Below, one piece after another: positions 1 to 11,995 of a DNA stretch of 64,000 bases (its first letter is position 1; every line of letters starts with the position of its first letter). The notes under the pieces were generated by a model, which searched no databases, was not told the DNA's origin, and saw only the letters and a program-made list of their open reading frames with translations. Made by a program: the position numbers and the translations under genes. Location of the stretch: positions 32,001 through 96,000 of the forward strand of contig JBGANF010000007.1 of the NCBI GenBank assembly GCA_044222475.1, given 5' to 3'. The stretch is from Polyangiaceae bacterium. GTDB lineage: Bacteria; Myxococcota_A; Polyangia; Polyangiales; Polyangiaceae.

Positions 1-1117
1 AGAGCTCCGCCTGAGAGCCGGCGATTTCCGCCATTTCCGCCATTTCCTCGCGTCGCGCCGCGAGACTCGCCGAAAGCTTCCTGCCCAGGTGCTCGTACGC
101 CTTGCGCGTCGCGATCCGCCCCCGCGGCGTGCGGCCGAGGAACCCCTGCTGCAGCAGGAACGGCTCGTAGACGTCTTCGATCGTGTCGCGCGGCTCGCCG
201 AGCGCCGCGGCGAGCGTCTCGACGCCGACCGGACCGCCGTCGTAGTCGTCGATGATGACGCGGAGGAGGCGTCGATCCATCTCGTCGAAGCCGGCGTCGT
301 CGATCTCGAGGCGCGAGGCCGCGAGGCGGACCGTCTCCCCGTCGACCTTGCCCGAGCGAAGAACGTCGGCGAAGTCGCGCACGCGCCGGAGCAGGCGGTT
401 CGCGACGCGCGGCGTGCCGCGACTGCGCTTGGCGATCTCGTGCGCGGCCACGTCGTCGATCGTCATCTCCAGGAGCGCCGCGCTGCGGAGCACGATGCGC
501 GCGAGATCTTCGATGGGGTAGAAGTCGAGCCGCAGCACGTGGCCGAAGCGCGAGAACAGCGGCGCGGTGAGGAGACCGGTGCGGGTCGTCGCTCCAACGA
601 GGGTGAAGGGGCGAATGTCGATCTGGATCGACGTCGCGAACGCGCCCTCACCGGTCATCACGTCGATCCGGTAGTCCTCCATCGCCGGGTACAGGCTCTC
701 TTCGACGATCGGGTTGAGGCGGTGGATCTCGTCGATGAAGAGGATGTCGTTGTCTCCGAGCTTCGTCAGGAGACCCGCGAGCGCCCCTTTGTGCTCGACG
801 ACCGGGCCATTGGTCATGTGGAGCGCGACGCCCATCTCGTGGGCGAGGATCTGAGCGAGCGTCGTCTTTCCGAGGCCGGGTGGACCGCAGAGCAGCATGT
901 GATCGAGGGGCTCCCTGCGCCGTCGCGCCGCCTCGACGAAGACCATGAGGTTCTCCTTGTGCTTCGTCTGCCCGATGTAGTCGGTGAACGACTTGGGCCG
1001 CAGGCTCTTGTCGTAGCGCGCATCGTCACCGTGGACCGCCCCGTCGGTGGCGCGCGGGGTCGCCATGGCGTCGCGCTCCGCGCTCCCGCTATCTGCTCTC
1101 GTCCGACCTTTGGCCAT
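1..1117 (-). CDS. ruvB: Holliday junction branch migration DNA helicase RuvB (3' end runs off the window)
   Basis: Manual minus-strand translation gives [12 protein letters not shown]...[18 protein letters not shown]...[18 protein letters not shown]. The listed + ORF 89..1132 is its antisense shadow. Confidence 0.97.
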   Translation of the reverse strand, partial: MAKGRTRADSGSAERDAMATPRATDGAVHGDDARYDKSLRPKSFTDYIGQTKHKENLMVFVEAARRRREPLDHMLLCGPPGLGKTTLAQILAHEMGVALHMTNGPVVEHKGALAGLLTKLGDNDILFIDEIHRLNPIVEESLYPAMEDYRIDVMTGEGAFATSIQIDIRPFTLVGATTRTGLLTAPLFSRFGHVLRLDFYPIEDLARIVLRSAALLEMTIDDVAAHEIAKRSRGTPRVANRLLRRVRDFADVLRSGKVDGETVRLAASRLEIDDAGFDEMDRRLLRVIIDDYDGGPVGVETLAAALGEPRDTIEDVYEPFLLQQGFLGRTPRGRIATRKAYEHLGRKLSASLAARREEMAEMAEIAGSQAEL

Positions 1118-1230
1118 CGCCGCGGAGCCTAGTCCGTGAGCGGGCGACAGGAAAGCGTTGGAAAGTGTGGCGGTGCGCGGCGATCCGGGCGACCATGGCG
1201 GGCGTAGAGGGGTGAGGAGGGTACCTTTCG

Positions 1231-2019
1231 GTGGCGAAGATGAAGATCGTCCAACGAGATGCGGCAGAGCTTTCGGGTACCCCGAAGCGCTTCCGCTATT
1301 TCGAGATCTTCTGTCTGGTCTCGTTCCCGTTCGCGACGGCGCTGCTCGCTCGCAGCGCGTACCGCACCGTGCTCGAGGCGCCGCTGATGATCCCGCTCGT
1401 GCTCCTCGCCGGCTACCTGGCGGCGGATTTCATCTCGGGGTTCGTCCATTGGACCTTCGACACCTGGTGGAGCCCCGACACGCCACTCATCGGGCGCACG
1501 CTCGTGAGGACGTTCCGCGAGCACCACGTCGATCAGACCGCGATCACCCGCCACGACTTCATCGAGACGAACGGCTCGAACGCGTTCGCCGCGCTCACGC
1601 TCGTGGGCATGGGCTTCGCCGTTCGCGGCGAAGAGACGTCGCTGTTCGGCGCGTTCATGGCGGGCTCCCTCTTCATCGCCTCGCTCTTCACCTCCGTGAC
1701 GAGCCAGATCCACAAGTGGGCCCACATGGCGCGGCCGCCGGCGCTGATTCGCATGCTGCAGCGACTGCGGCTGATCATCACGAAGGAAGCTCACTCGAGC
1801 CACCACGCGCCGCCCTACGCCAAGTCGTACTGCATCACCTGCGGATGGATGAACCCGACGCTGAACTTCCTCCACTTCTTCCCGATGCTCGAGCGGATCA
1901 TCTCCTGGGTGACCGGCGCGATCCCCCGCAAGGACGACATCGGCGTGGAGGCTGCGCTCGCCCTCACCGAGGAAGAGAAGGCGAAGGAAGCGGCGCGCAT
2001 CACCGAAGAAGCGCCGTAG
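1231..2019 (+). CDS. carF: CarF/TMEM189-family plasmanylethanolamine desaturase
   Basis: His boxes [27 protein letters not shown] and [16 protein letters not shown]; four hydrophobic segments; GAGGAGG upstream. Confidence 0.88.
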   Translation: MAKMKIVQRDAAELSGTPKRFRYFEIFCLVSFPFATALLARSAYRTVLEAPLMIPLVLLAGYLAADFISGFVHWTFDTWWSPDTPLIGRTLVRTFREHHVDQTAITRHDFIETNGSNAFAALTLVGMGFAVRGEETSLFGAFMAGSLFIASLFTSVTSQIHKWAHMARPPALIRMLQRLRLIITKEAHSSHHAPPYAKSYCITCGWMNPTLNFLHFFPMLERIISWVTGAIPRKDDIGVEAALALTEEEKAKEAARITEEAP

Positions 2020-2028
2020 CGCTCTCGG

Positions 2029-3330
2029 TCATTCGACGACGCAGACCGCGACGCTCACGTTGTCGTGGGCACCGCGGAGGAGCGTCTCGTGGACGAGCGC
2101 GCGCGCGAGGGCCACCGCGTCGTTGCGATGCGGCGCGACCAGCACGCCGAGCTCCTCCGCCGAGGGCGCGTAGCTCCAGAGTCCGTCGGAGCAGAGGACC
2201 ACGACGTCCCCCGAGTCGACGGTCGTGAGCGCGACCTCGATCGCGAGCGGTGGCTCGCCGGGATCGCTCGGCCCCACGTAGCGAGTCAGCGCGAGCGCGA
2301 GCGGCTGGGCGAACGCCTCCTCGAACGCGACCGCTCCCGTGTCGAGCATCTCGTTGCCCCAAGAGTGGTCGCGGGTGAGCAGCCGCCCGTTGCCGGTGCC
2401 GATCACGTACGCCCTGCTGTCCCCCGCCCACGCGACCGCCAGCGATCGGCCCTCCAGGATCGCCGCGACGATCGTCGTACCGGGGGCTTCACCCGGCATC
2501 TTCTCGTCGACGGCGCGCATGACGGCATCCTGCGCGCGGGCGATGGATTGTTCGACGAGCTCGCTGATCGGCGTGCCCGGCGGTGCGGCGCGAAAGAACT
2601 CGCTCACCGCGTCGACCGCGACGTTCGCAGCGAACGCGCCGTCGGCCGACGACGAGATGCCGTCGCAGAGCACCATCCCGAGGAAGCTCTCGCCGCCGCG
2701 CGTTCCCAACACGGCCGCGACGGCGTCGTCCTGTTTGTCGCGCCGGTATCCGAGGTGGAGGTACGTGGCGGCGTTCCGCCCGGCCGGCTGCGGACGGGCG
2801 GACGCCTCGGTCAAGCGGGCACGGAGCGCGGCCGCGTTCATCGGCGGCAGGCGCGGATCCGACACGAGCTCGACGACGGCGGTGGGCGCGCGATGGATCG
2901 CGGCGCCGGCGAGCGCTTCGCCGAGCGCGCGCAGCGGCCCCCGGACGTCGACCGCGTTCGTGGTGCGGTACACGCCGCGCGCGTGCAAGAGGCCGAGCCG
3001 ACCGTCTGGACCGATGGCGAAGTCTTCCGGCAGCGGCTGCCACGCAAGGCCGCTCGCATCGAAGCGCTCGGCCAGGGTGGCGAGCTCCAGCAGGAGGGCC
3101 TCGAGCGCCTCGGGAGAAAGCGAGGTCGCCTCCGTCATCACGCGACGTGCCGATGGCTCCTCCAAGAGCGCGAGCGAGGCCGGCGGCGGCGCCACGGGAA
3201 GCGTGGGTGCCAGAACGCGCTCGGGGACGAGCTTCTCCCCGTCCACCTCGCAGAACGCGGTCGACGCGGCATCGTCACCGGTGGCTTCGTAGAGCCGGTC
3301 GCAAACCGGACAGCGCATCAAGGTAACCAT
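2029..3330 (-). CDS. PP2C-family protein phosphatase with N-terminal Zn-ribbon-like and degenerate kinase-like region
   Basis: KQDD, LCDG, WAGDSRAY, LTRDHS, LCSDGL and HDN motifs; N-terminal CPVC...CEVD. Confidence 0.85.
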   Translation of the reverse strand: MVTLMRCPVCDRLYEATGDDAASTAFCEVDGEKLVPERVLAPTLPVAPPPASLALLEEPSARRVMTEATSLSPEALEALLLELATLAERFDASGLAWQPLPEDFAIGPDGRLGLLHARGVYRTTNAVDVRGPLRALGEALAGAAIHRAPTAVVELVSDPRLPPMNAAALRARLTEASARPQPAGRNAATYLHLGYRRDKQDDAVAAVLGTRGGESFLGMVLCDGISSSADGAFAANVAVDAVSEFFRAAPPGTPISELVEQSIARAQDAVMRAVDEKMPGEAPGTTIVAAILEGRSLAVAWAGDSRAYVIGTGNGRLLTRDHSWGNEMLDTGAVAFEEAFAQPLALALTRYVGPSDPGEPPLAIEVALTTVDSGDVVVLCSDGLWSYAPSAEELGVLVAPHRNDAVALARALVHETLLRGAHDNVSVAVCVVE

Positions 3331-3396
3331 TCAGCGTACACGAACTCCGCCGAAACCCGCTCGCTGATTGCGACGGGACGCGATACGATCTCGATC

Positions 3397-4689
3397 ATGG
3401 CCATGAAAGACCGCCACCTTCGTGCACTTCGCTTTGGCTCCGCCTCCGCCATCTCCTTCGCCGTCGCGGGAGCCCTCGCGGCCGCTTGCGCCAGCCAGAC
3501 GAACACGTTCCCCACCGGCGACGGCGGGACGGATTCGTCGCCGTTCGGTGACTCTGCCGGCAACCCCGACACGGGCATCCCTGCGTGCGCGAGCGGCGTC
3601 TACGAGGCCAAACAGGCACCCGCGGCGATGCTCGTCCTCCTCCAGCGCAGCGGCTCGATGTCGCAGAACAACAAGTGGGTCTTTGCGGCCCAGGCGATCG
3701 TGCAGGCGCTCGACGAGCCCGTCTTCGACACGATGACGCTCGCGCTCATGGCCGCGCCCAACAGCAAGGTGACTGGCCCGGCGTGCGTCTTCAACTTCCC
3801 GGTCGCGTGCGGCGTGCCCGCATTCCCGCAGGTCGACCTCGCGCTCGCGGGCCCGCAGAAGAGCACCGACACGAGCGGCGTTCGCAAGAGCATCAAGGTC
3901 TGGCTCGCGAACAACACGCCGGACCAGAGCTCCGGCGACGGCAACCCCCTCTACTCCGCGATGCAGGCCGGCATCGGCGCGCTCAAGGGGTGGCCGCAGA
4001 CCGGCAAGCGCATCCTCTTGGTCGTCACCGACGGCGGCATCAGCTGCACGTCTCTCAGCAACCGCGCCGGCTTCACCGACGGCAACGGGTGCCCCGACTG
4101 GGAGAACCCGAACAACATCATGACGCTGCTCAAGCAGGCGAACACCGACCCGACGAAGCCGGTCGACACGTTCATCGTCGGCGTCCCTGGTTCGGACAGC
4201 TTCGACAGCACCGCCGTGAACTTCCCGCCGTACCACATGCGCGCGGCCCTCAGCTCGATCGCCTACGCCGGCTCGCCGGCCAACGTCCCCGCGACGTGCA
4301 CCCACAAGGACCCGTTCGCGCAGGGCGATCCCGATCCGGCGATCAGCTGCCACTTCGACATGACGCAGAACAACTACTCCGCCCAAGCGGTCGCCGATGC
4401 GATCAGCGTCGCGCGCGGAAAGGTGCTCGGCTGCATCTTCGAGCTGCCCAAGGGCGACGGCGGCGTCCTCGACCCGACCAAGGTCAACGTCGACTACTCC
4501 GTCGGCGGCGGCCCGACGACCGGCCTCTACAAGCGCAAGGACTCCTCGAACGACTGCAAGACCGACGGCTGCTGGGACTACACCAGCGACGGCAAGGTCG
4601 AGCTCCAGGGCAAGGCCTGCGAAGACGTGAAGGGCAAGCCCAACGCCAAGGTGACGATCACCGTCGGCTGCGACACGCAGGTCAAATGA
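3397..4689 (+). CDS. vWA-domain Cys-rich lipoprotein
   Basis: Lipobox LAAAC; MIDAS-like LLQRSGSM and LVVTDG; C-terminal C-x-F-x-LP...KVNV...GC tail typical of myxobacterial vWA lipoproteins. Confidence 0.75.
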   Translation: MAMKDRHLRALRFGSASAISFAVAGALAAACASQTNTFPTGDGGTDSSPFGDSAGNPDTGIPACASGVYEAKQAPAAMLVLLQRSGSMSQNNKWVFAAQAIVQALDEPVFDTMTLALMAAPNSKVTGPACVFNFPVACGVPAFPQVDLALAGPQKSTDTSGVRKSIKVWLANNTPDQSSGDGNPLYSAMQAGIGALKGWPQTGKRILLVVTDGGISCTSLSNRAGFTDGNGCPDWENPNNIMTLLKQANTDPTKPVDTFIVGVPGSDSFDSTAVNFPPYHMRAALSSIAYAGSPANVPATCTHKDPFAQGDPDPAISCHFDMTQNNYSAQAVADAISVARGKVLGCIFELPKGDGGVLDPTKVNVDYSVGGGPTTGLYKRKDSSNDCKTDGCWDYTSDGKVELQGKACEDVKGKPNAKVTITVGCDTQVK

Positions 4690-5482
4690 GCGTGACTTCG
4701 CCGGCGGAGACGCGCAGGCGCGCTCCGTCGTCGCGGTCGAGGAGAAGGCGGCCCTCGAGATCGATCCCGCGGGCGATGCCGGTGCCTTCTTCGAGCGTCA
4801 CGCGACGGCCGACGAGCGCGTCGGCGGCGGCGAGCCGCGCGTGGACGAGGCCGAGCCCGCGCGCGGCGACGTGAGCGAGATCGCGATCGAGACCGGCGAC
4901 GACGTCGACGAGGATGCGCGCGCGATCGGGCGGTGACGCTGCGTGCAGCGCGATGCTCGTCGCGCGCTCCGCGATCTCGGGCGGAAAGTCGCGGGTGTGC
5001 ACGTTGATGCCGATGCCCACGATGACGGCGTCGACCTTGGACCCCGCGAGCGTGGCCTCGACCAGTACGCCCGACACCTTGCGCTCGGCGATCCACACGT
5101 CGTTCGGCCACTTCACTTTGACGTCGGCCCCGGGCGCGGCGGAGGCGATCGCGTCGCGCACCGCGAGACCGCACACGAGAGAGAGCGGCGGAAGTCGCGT
5201 CGGCGGGCACGTCAACCGAAGCAGGACCGAGAACAAGAGATTCTCTCCGCGAGGCGAGACCCACGAACGGCCGAGTCGACCTCGCCCGCGCGTCTGCGCC
5301 TCGGCGACGAAGACCGTGCCGTGGGCCGCGCCGGCCTTCGCTGCGCGCTTCGCCTCGTCGTTGGTCGAGTCGATCTCGGAGAACAGGCGCACCTCGCGGC
5401 CCAGGTCGCCGCCACGCTCTCGTAGGAGCGAGCTCACCGCTTCGAGGTCTTCGTTCACGCCCCGCGTCCGCCCGGGGATCAC
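4682..5482 (-). CDS. birA: Biotin--[acetyl-CoA-carboxylase] ligase (no HTH domain)
   Basis: IDSTN, QTRGRGRLGRSW, KWPND, KVSGVL and GIGIN motifs; GTGA overlap with the nadC stop. Confidence 0.93.
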   Translation of the reverse strand: MIPGRTRGVNEDLEAVSSLLRERGGDLGREVRLFSEIDSTNDEAKRAAKAGAAHGTVFVAEAQTRGRGRLGRSWVSPRGENLLFSVLLRLTCPPTRLPPLSLVCGLAVRDAIASAAPGADVKVKWPNDVWIAERKVSGVLVEATLAGSKVDAVIVGIGINVHTRDFPPEIAERATSIALHAASPPDRARILVDVVAGLDRDLAHVAARGLGLVHARLAAADALVGRRVTLEEGTGIARGIDLEGRLLLDRDDGARLRVSAGEVTLI

Positions 5483-6321
5483 GTGACGAAGTCGAGGCCG
5501 ATGTCGGCGGCCTTCACCGAGTGAGTGAGCGCGCCGACGCTGATCGCGTCGACGCCGGCCTCGGCGAGCTCGCGCACGCGCGCGAGCGTGATCCCGCCGG
5601 ACGCCTCGAGGAGCGCGCGGCCTTTCGTGAGCGCCACGGCCTTCGCGACCGTCTCGGTGCTCATGTTGTCGAGCAATACGACGTCGGCGCCGGCGTCGAG
5701 CGCGACGGCGAGCTGCTCGAGCGAGTCGACCTCGCACTCGATCCGCGACGTGTGGGGGGCGCGGGCGCGAGCGCGAGCGATCGCCTCGGCGACCCCGCCA
5801 GCCGCGGCGACGTGGTTGTCCTTGATGAGGACGGCGCTCCCGAGATCGTTCCGGTGGTTCTTCGCTCCACCGACTCGAACGGCGTAGCGATCGAGGACCC
5901 GGAGGCCCGGCATCGTCTTGCGCGTGTCCGTGATGCGGGTCTTCGAGCCCTTCGGGAGCGCGTCGACGTAGGTCTTCGTCGTCGTGGCGATGCCGGTCAT
6001 GCGTTGCGTCAGGTTGAGCGCCGTACGCTCGGCCATCAGGATGGCTCGCGCGTCACCGCGCACGCGCCACATCGTCGTACCTTTTTGGGACACCGTGCCG
6101 TCCGCCGCGAGGATCGTCACCTCGATCGTCGGATCGAGCTTGGCGAAGACCCGCGCGAACACGGCGCCGCCGCACACGACGACCTCGCCGCGGGCGACCG
6201 CGTTCGCCTCGGCCTTCGTGCCCTCGGCGATGCAGCTCTCGGTCGTGACGTCGCCGGAGGCGAGATCCTCGCGGAGCGCGCGATCGATGATGTCGTCGAA
6301 GAGAACCGGGGAGAGCGTCAT
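5479..6321 (-). CDS. nadC: Nicotinate-nucleotide pyrophosphorylase (quinolinate phosphoribosyltransferase)
   Basis: EDL..GDVTT, DTRKT.PGLR, HR..L...VLIKDNH, ECEV, LLDNM, EASGGI and ISVGALTH motifs. Confidence 0.97.
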   Translation of the reverse strand: MTLSPVLFDDIIDRALREDLASGDVTTESCIAEGTKAEANAVARGEVVVCGGAVFARVFAKLDPTIEVTILAADGTVSQKGTTMWRVRGDARAILMAERTALNLTQRMTGIATTTKTYVDALPKGSKTRITDTRKTMPGLRVLDRYAVRVGGAKNHRNDLGSAVLIKDNHVAAAGGVAEAIARARARAPHTSRIECEVDSLEQLAVALDAGADVVLLDNMSTETVAKAVALTKGRALLEASGGITLARVRELAEAGVDAISVGALTHSVKAADIGLDFVT

Positions 6322-6348
6322 CGCGATCGAGAACTACCTGCGCGGGGA

Positions 6349-7134
6349 TTAGGGCGCAACCTCGACGACGGCAACCTCGGGTCGGCAGAAGAACCGCACC
6401 GGCGCGATCGACGTCCCGACGCCGCGGCTGACGTAGAGCATCGACCCGCGATCCTCGTACTTGCCCTCCACGAAGCGACCACTCCCCTGAGGGAGCCAGA
6501 GCGGCGGCACGAGCGGGAGCCGAACCTGACCCCCGTGGGTGTGGCCCGCGAGAGCCACCGAGACGCGACCGGCGAGACGCTCGAAGAGGATGGGCGAGTG
6601 GAACAGCGCCAGCGTCGCGACGCCGGGTGGGACACTGGCGAGCGCACGCTCGACGTCGGGGCTCCCGGCCGTCGAGTCGTCGAAGCCGACGACCCACACG
6701 TCGTCGCGGAGCCTCCGCGCTTCGTTCCTCAGCACCACGATGCCTGCGGCCGACCACGTCGCGTCCTCGTCGGCGGCGGGTCGCCAGTGCTCCCAGTTGC
6801 CGGCGACCGCGTACACGCCGAGCGGCGCGTGCAGCGCGCCGAGGAACGCGGCGTACGGCTGAAAGGTGCCGGAGTCGACGGTGTCACCGGTCAGGACGAC
6901 GACATCGGGCTTCTCTTCGTCGATCGCGCGGAGGACCGCCCGCTCGCGAGTCCCGAGGCCGCTGCCGTGGAGGTCCGTGATGTGAAGCACGTGCAACGGC
7001 GACTTCAGCGGAGCGTGGATCGAGACGCGGGTCCGCTCGACCCAGCGCGGCTCGACGATGATCGCGTCGGCGAGCGCCACGACCACGAGGATCGCGGCGG
7101 CTCGACGCAGCCGCCACCCCCACGATCGCTTCAC
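6349..7134 (-). CDS. Metallophosphoesterase (YkuE/YaeI-like) with N-terminal TM
   Basis: TDLH, TGD, GNWE, HSP, GHTHGGQ and VSRGVG..PVRF motifs; GTGA overlap with the upstream stop. Confidence 0.88.
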   Translation of the reverse strand: MKRSWGWRLRRAAAILVVVALADAIIVEPRWVERTRVSIHAPLKSPLHVLHITDLHGSGLGTRERAVLRAIDEEKPDVVVLTGDTVDSGTFQPYAAFLGALHAPLGVYAVAGNWEHWRPAADEDATWSAAGIVVLRNEARRLRDDVWVVGFDDSTAGSPDVERALASVPPGVATLALFHSPILFERLAGRVSVALAGHTHGGQVRLPLVPPLWLPQGSGRFVEGKYEDRGSMLYVSRGVGTSIAPVRFFCRPEVAVVEVAP

Positions 7135-7784
7135 CACTTTTCGATGCGCCAGCCGCGCTTCTTCGCGACCCGCTTCAGTCGCATGTCGGGGTTCACGCAC
7201 ACGGGCTCGCCCACGGCTTCGAGGAGCGGCAAGTCGGTGTGCGAGTCGCTGTAGAAGACCGCGTCGTGGAGATCGAACCCGAGCCGCTGCGCCAGGAGCG
7301 ACGCGCGCTCGAGCTTCCCGTCGCCGAAGCAGAGCGGGTGGCTCGGGCGGCCGGTGAATACTCCGCTCTCGTCGAGCTCGAGCTCCGAGGAGACGACGTG
7401 AGGGATGCGCAGCGCCTGCGCCAGCGGGCGAGCGGCGTAGCGCGAGGCGCCGGTCACGATCGCACACGTGTCACCGGCGGCGAGGTGCGCGGCGACGACC
7501 TCCCGCGCGCGATCGGCGACGTGCACTTCGACGTAGCGCCGATACCAATCGTCGCAGCGCGAGGCGAGCACGTTCTCGTGCGTCCCTCGGAACTGCGCGA
7601 GCGCGCGCTCGGCGACGGAGGCGGCGTCGATGATGCCGACGGTGTACTGCGCGACCCACACCGCGACTTGGAGCGTGTCGCGCACCGTCGCTTCGCCGAT
7701 CTCGCGCTGGTAGCGCACGTAGAGGCTCGCCGTCTCGCGACGGACGAGGGTGCGATCCATGTCGAACAGTGCCGGGCGTGCCAT
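7131..7784 (-). CDS. HAD-IB family hydrolase
   Basis: FDMDRTL, VTGA, GDGK and YSDSHTDLPLL..VG.P..VNPD motifs. Confidence 0.9.
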   Translation of the reverse strand: MARPALFDMDRTLVRRETASLYVRYQREIGEATVRDTLQVAVWVAQYTVGIIDAASVAERALAQFRGTHENVLASRCDDWYRRYVEVHVADRAREVVAAHLAAGDTCAIVTGASRYAARPLAQALRIPHVVSSELELDESGVFTGRPSHPLCFGDGKLERASLLAQRLGFDLHDAVFYSDSHTDLPLLEAVGEPVCVNPDMRLKRVAKKRGWRIEKW

Positions 7785-7785
7785 G

Positions 7786-8502
7786 TCAGTAGAGCGCGTA
7801 GCCTTTGCCGAGGGTCTCGGAGAAGATGTTGCAGAGTGCATGAAACACGACGCCCGCGCCCACCCCGCCGGTGCGGGCGCGCATCCATCCGAAGAGCAGC
7901 GCCGGGAAGAACACCGCGAGGCGCGCCGGGTTGGGGATGGTGAGAAAGTGCCCGACCGCGAAGATCGCCGACGTCGCCAGGAGGCCGAAGCCGAGGTCGG
8001 CGCCGAGGAATCGCACTCGGCGCCGGCTGCCGAGGCGCGCGTCGATCGCCTCGTCGAGCGTGGTCATCAGGTAGCCTCGATAGAACGCCTCTTCGGGGAG
8101 CGCCACGAGGAGGAGCTGCCCGAACACCATGTTCGCCGTCTCGGTCACGCGCACGTAGACGAAGAACGGCCCGGGCGGGTGGAACCACATCCGCCAGCCG
8201 ACGTAGTAGGGCACGAAAACGACGGCGGCCGTGGCGAGCGCGAGCCCGACGGCACGCCCAGCATCGGCGGCGATGCGGCGGGCGTCGATCGGCTCGCGGA
8301 GCAGCAGACCCGAGAATCCGAGGCCGGTCCGGCGCACGAGGTCGTCGTCGCGACGCCAGACGAGGATCCACGTCGCGAGGAGAAACTCGAGCCCGACGAC
8401 CGTCGACACGGCGGACTTCGGGAGCCTCGAGCTCGCTGCGATCACGAGGGTCACGACGAGCGCGGCAAGGAGCGGGCGTCCGACTCCGGGCGCTTCGCTC
8501 AC
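7786..8502 (-). CDS. CPBP-family glutamic intramembrane protease, myxosortase-like
   Basis: QLLLVALPEEAFYRGYL, FAVGH, RLAVFFPALLFGWMRART and FHALCN motifs; multi-TM. Confidence 0.82.
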   Translation of the reverse strand: MSEAPGVGRPLLAALVVTLVIAASSRLPKSAVSTVVGLEFLLATWILVWRRDDDLVRRTGLGFSGLLLREPIDARRIAADAGRAVGLALATAAVVFVPYYVGWRMWFHPPGPFFVYVRVTETANMVFGQLLLVALPEEAFYRGYLMTTLDEAIDARLGSRRRVRFLGADLGFGLLATSAIFAVGHFLTIPNPARLAVFFPALLFGWMRARTGGVGAGVVFHALCNIFSETLGKGYALY

Positions 8503-8509
8503 GGACGCC

Positions 8510-11134
<2,625 letters not shown>

Positions 11135-11203
11135 CTTGGAACGAAAGGGTAGCCGCTTTCGGCCTCGGTTTGTGGCCTATTTCTCCGTAAGATCCGGCCA
11201 GGT

Positions 11204-11992
11204 TTGCGCGTTTGCGAGTGGTATCTTCGACGCGCCGTGCCCACTCGCTCGCGCCGACGTCCCCGACCCGCTCCCGCGTCACGCCTGCCGCGCCCCTCGC
11301 GCCTGCCACCCCTCTCTCCCGAGGCCCAGGCCGAGATCGAGCGCCTCGCTGCCGTCGGCGAGGTCACGGCCAGCGCAGTCCACGAGATCCGGAACGCCCT
11401 CCAGGTCGCCGCGACGAGCCTGTGGCTCGCGAAGCAGGCCAAGACCGAGGAGCTGACGCAGCAACACGTCGCCAAGGCCGAGCGCGCGACGCGAACGGCG
11501 CAGGGGGTCGTCGACGCGGTGCTCGGGCTCGCGCGCGGGGAGCGCCTCGTCGGCGAGTCGGCGACGGTGGATGAGCTGCTCGCCGAAGCTCGGTCGGACC
11601 TCGGCGCGAGCTCGCGAGACGTGCGCTGGTCGGACGAAGGCGGAGACGTCCGACTTCGGGGCTCGCCGGTGCTGCTCTCGCGCGTGTTCCACGTTCTGTT
11701 CGAGAACGCGGTCGCCATCGCCGGCGGCAGCGTCCGCATCGCGACGCGCGCGCGCACCGAGCCGAACGGCGTCCGGATCGACGTCGCCGATGACGGTCCG
11801 GGTGTGCCGGCGAAGTTGCGCGAGACGATCTTCCGGCCGCTCGTCACCGGTCGAGAAGGCGGTACCGGTTTGGGACTGTCACTCGCGAAGCGGATCGTGG
11901 AGGCTCACGGCGGCACCATGCGGCTCGCCGTCAAAGGCGAAGCCGCGCTCCTCGCGGGCGCGCACTTCGTGATCGAGCTGCCGCCGAGCTGA
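11204..11992 (+). CDS. Histidine kinase with HisKA and HATPase only, no evident sensor domain (start uncertain)
   Basis: VHEIRNAL, LFENA, DDGPG, GTGLGL and HGG motifs. Confidence 0.85.
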   Translation: MRVCEWYLRRAVPTRSRRRPRPAPASRLPRPSRLPPLSPEAQAEIERLAAVGEVTASAVHEIRNALQVAATSLWLAKQAKTEELTQQHVAKAERATRTAQGVVDAVLGLARGERLVGESATVDELLAEARSDLGASSRDVRWSDEGGDVRLRGSPVLLSRVFHVLFENAVAIAGGSVRIATRARTEPNGVRIDVADDGPGVPAKLRETIFRPLVTGREGGTGLGLSLAKRIVEAHGGTMRLAVKGEAALLAGAHFVIELPPS

Positions 11993-11995
11993 GCC

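Noticed and set aside
89..1132. 347-aa plus-strand ORF and many other long overlapping ORFs (e.g. 8231..11152, 16343..19546, 33842..36475, 36313..39195, 41233..43452, 48492..51842)
   Set aside because: Antisense or alternate-frame shadows of recognisable genes, expected in high-GC DNA; Arg/Ala-rich with no motifs.
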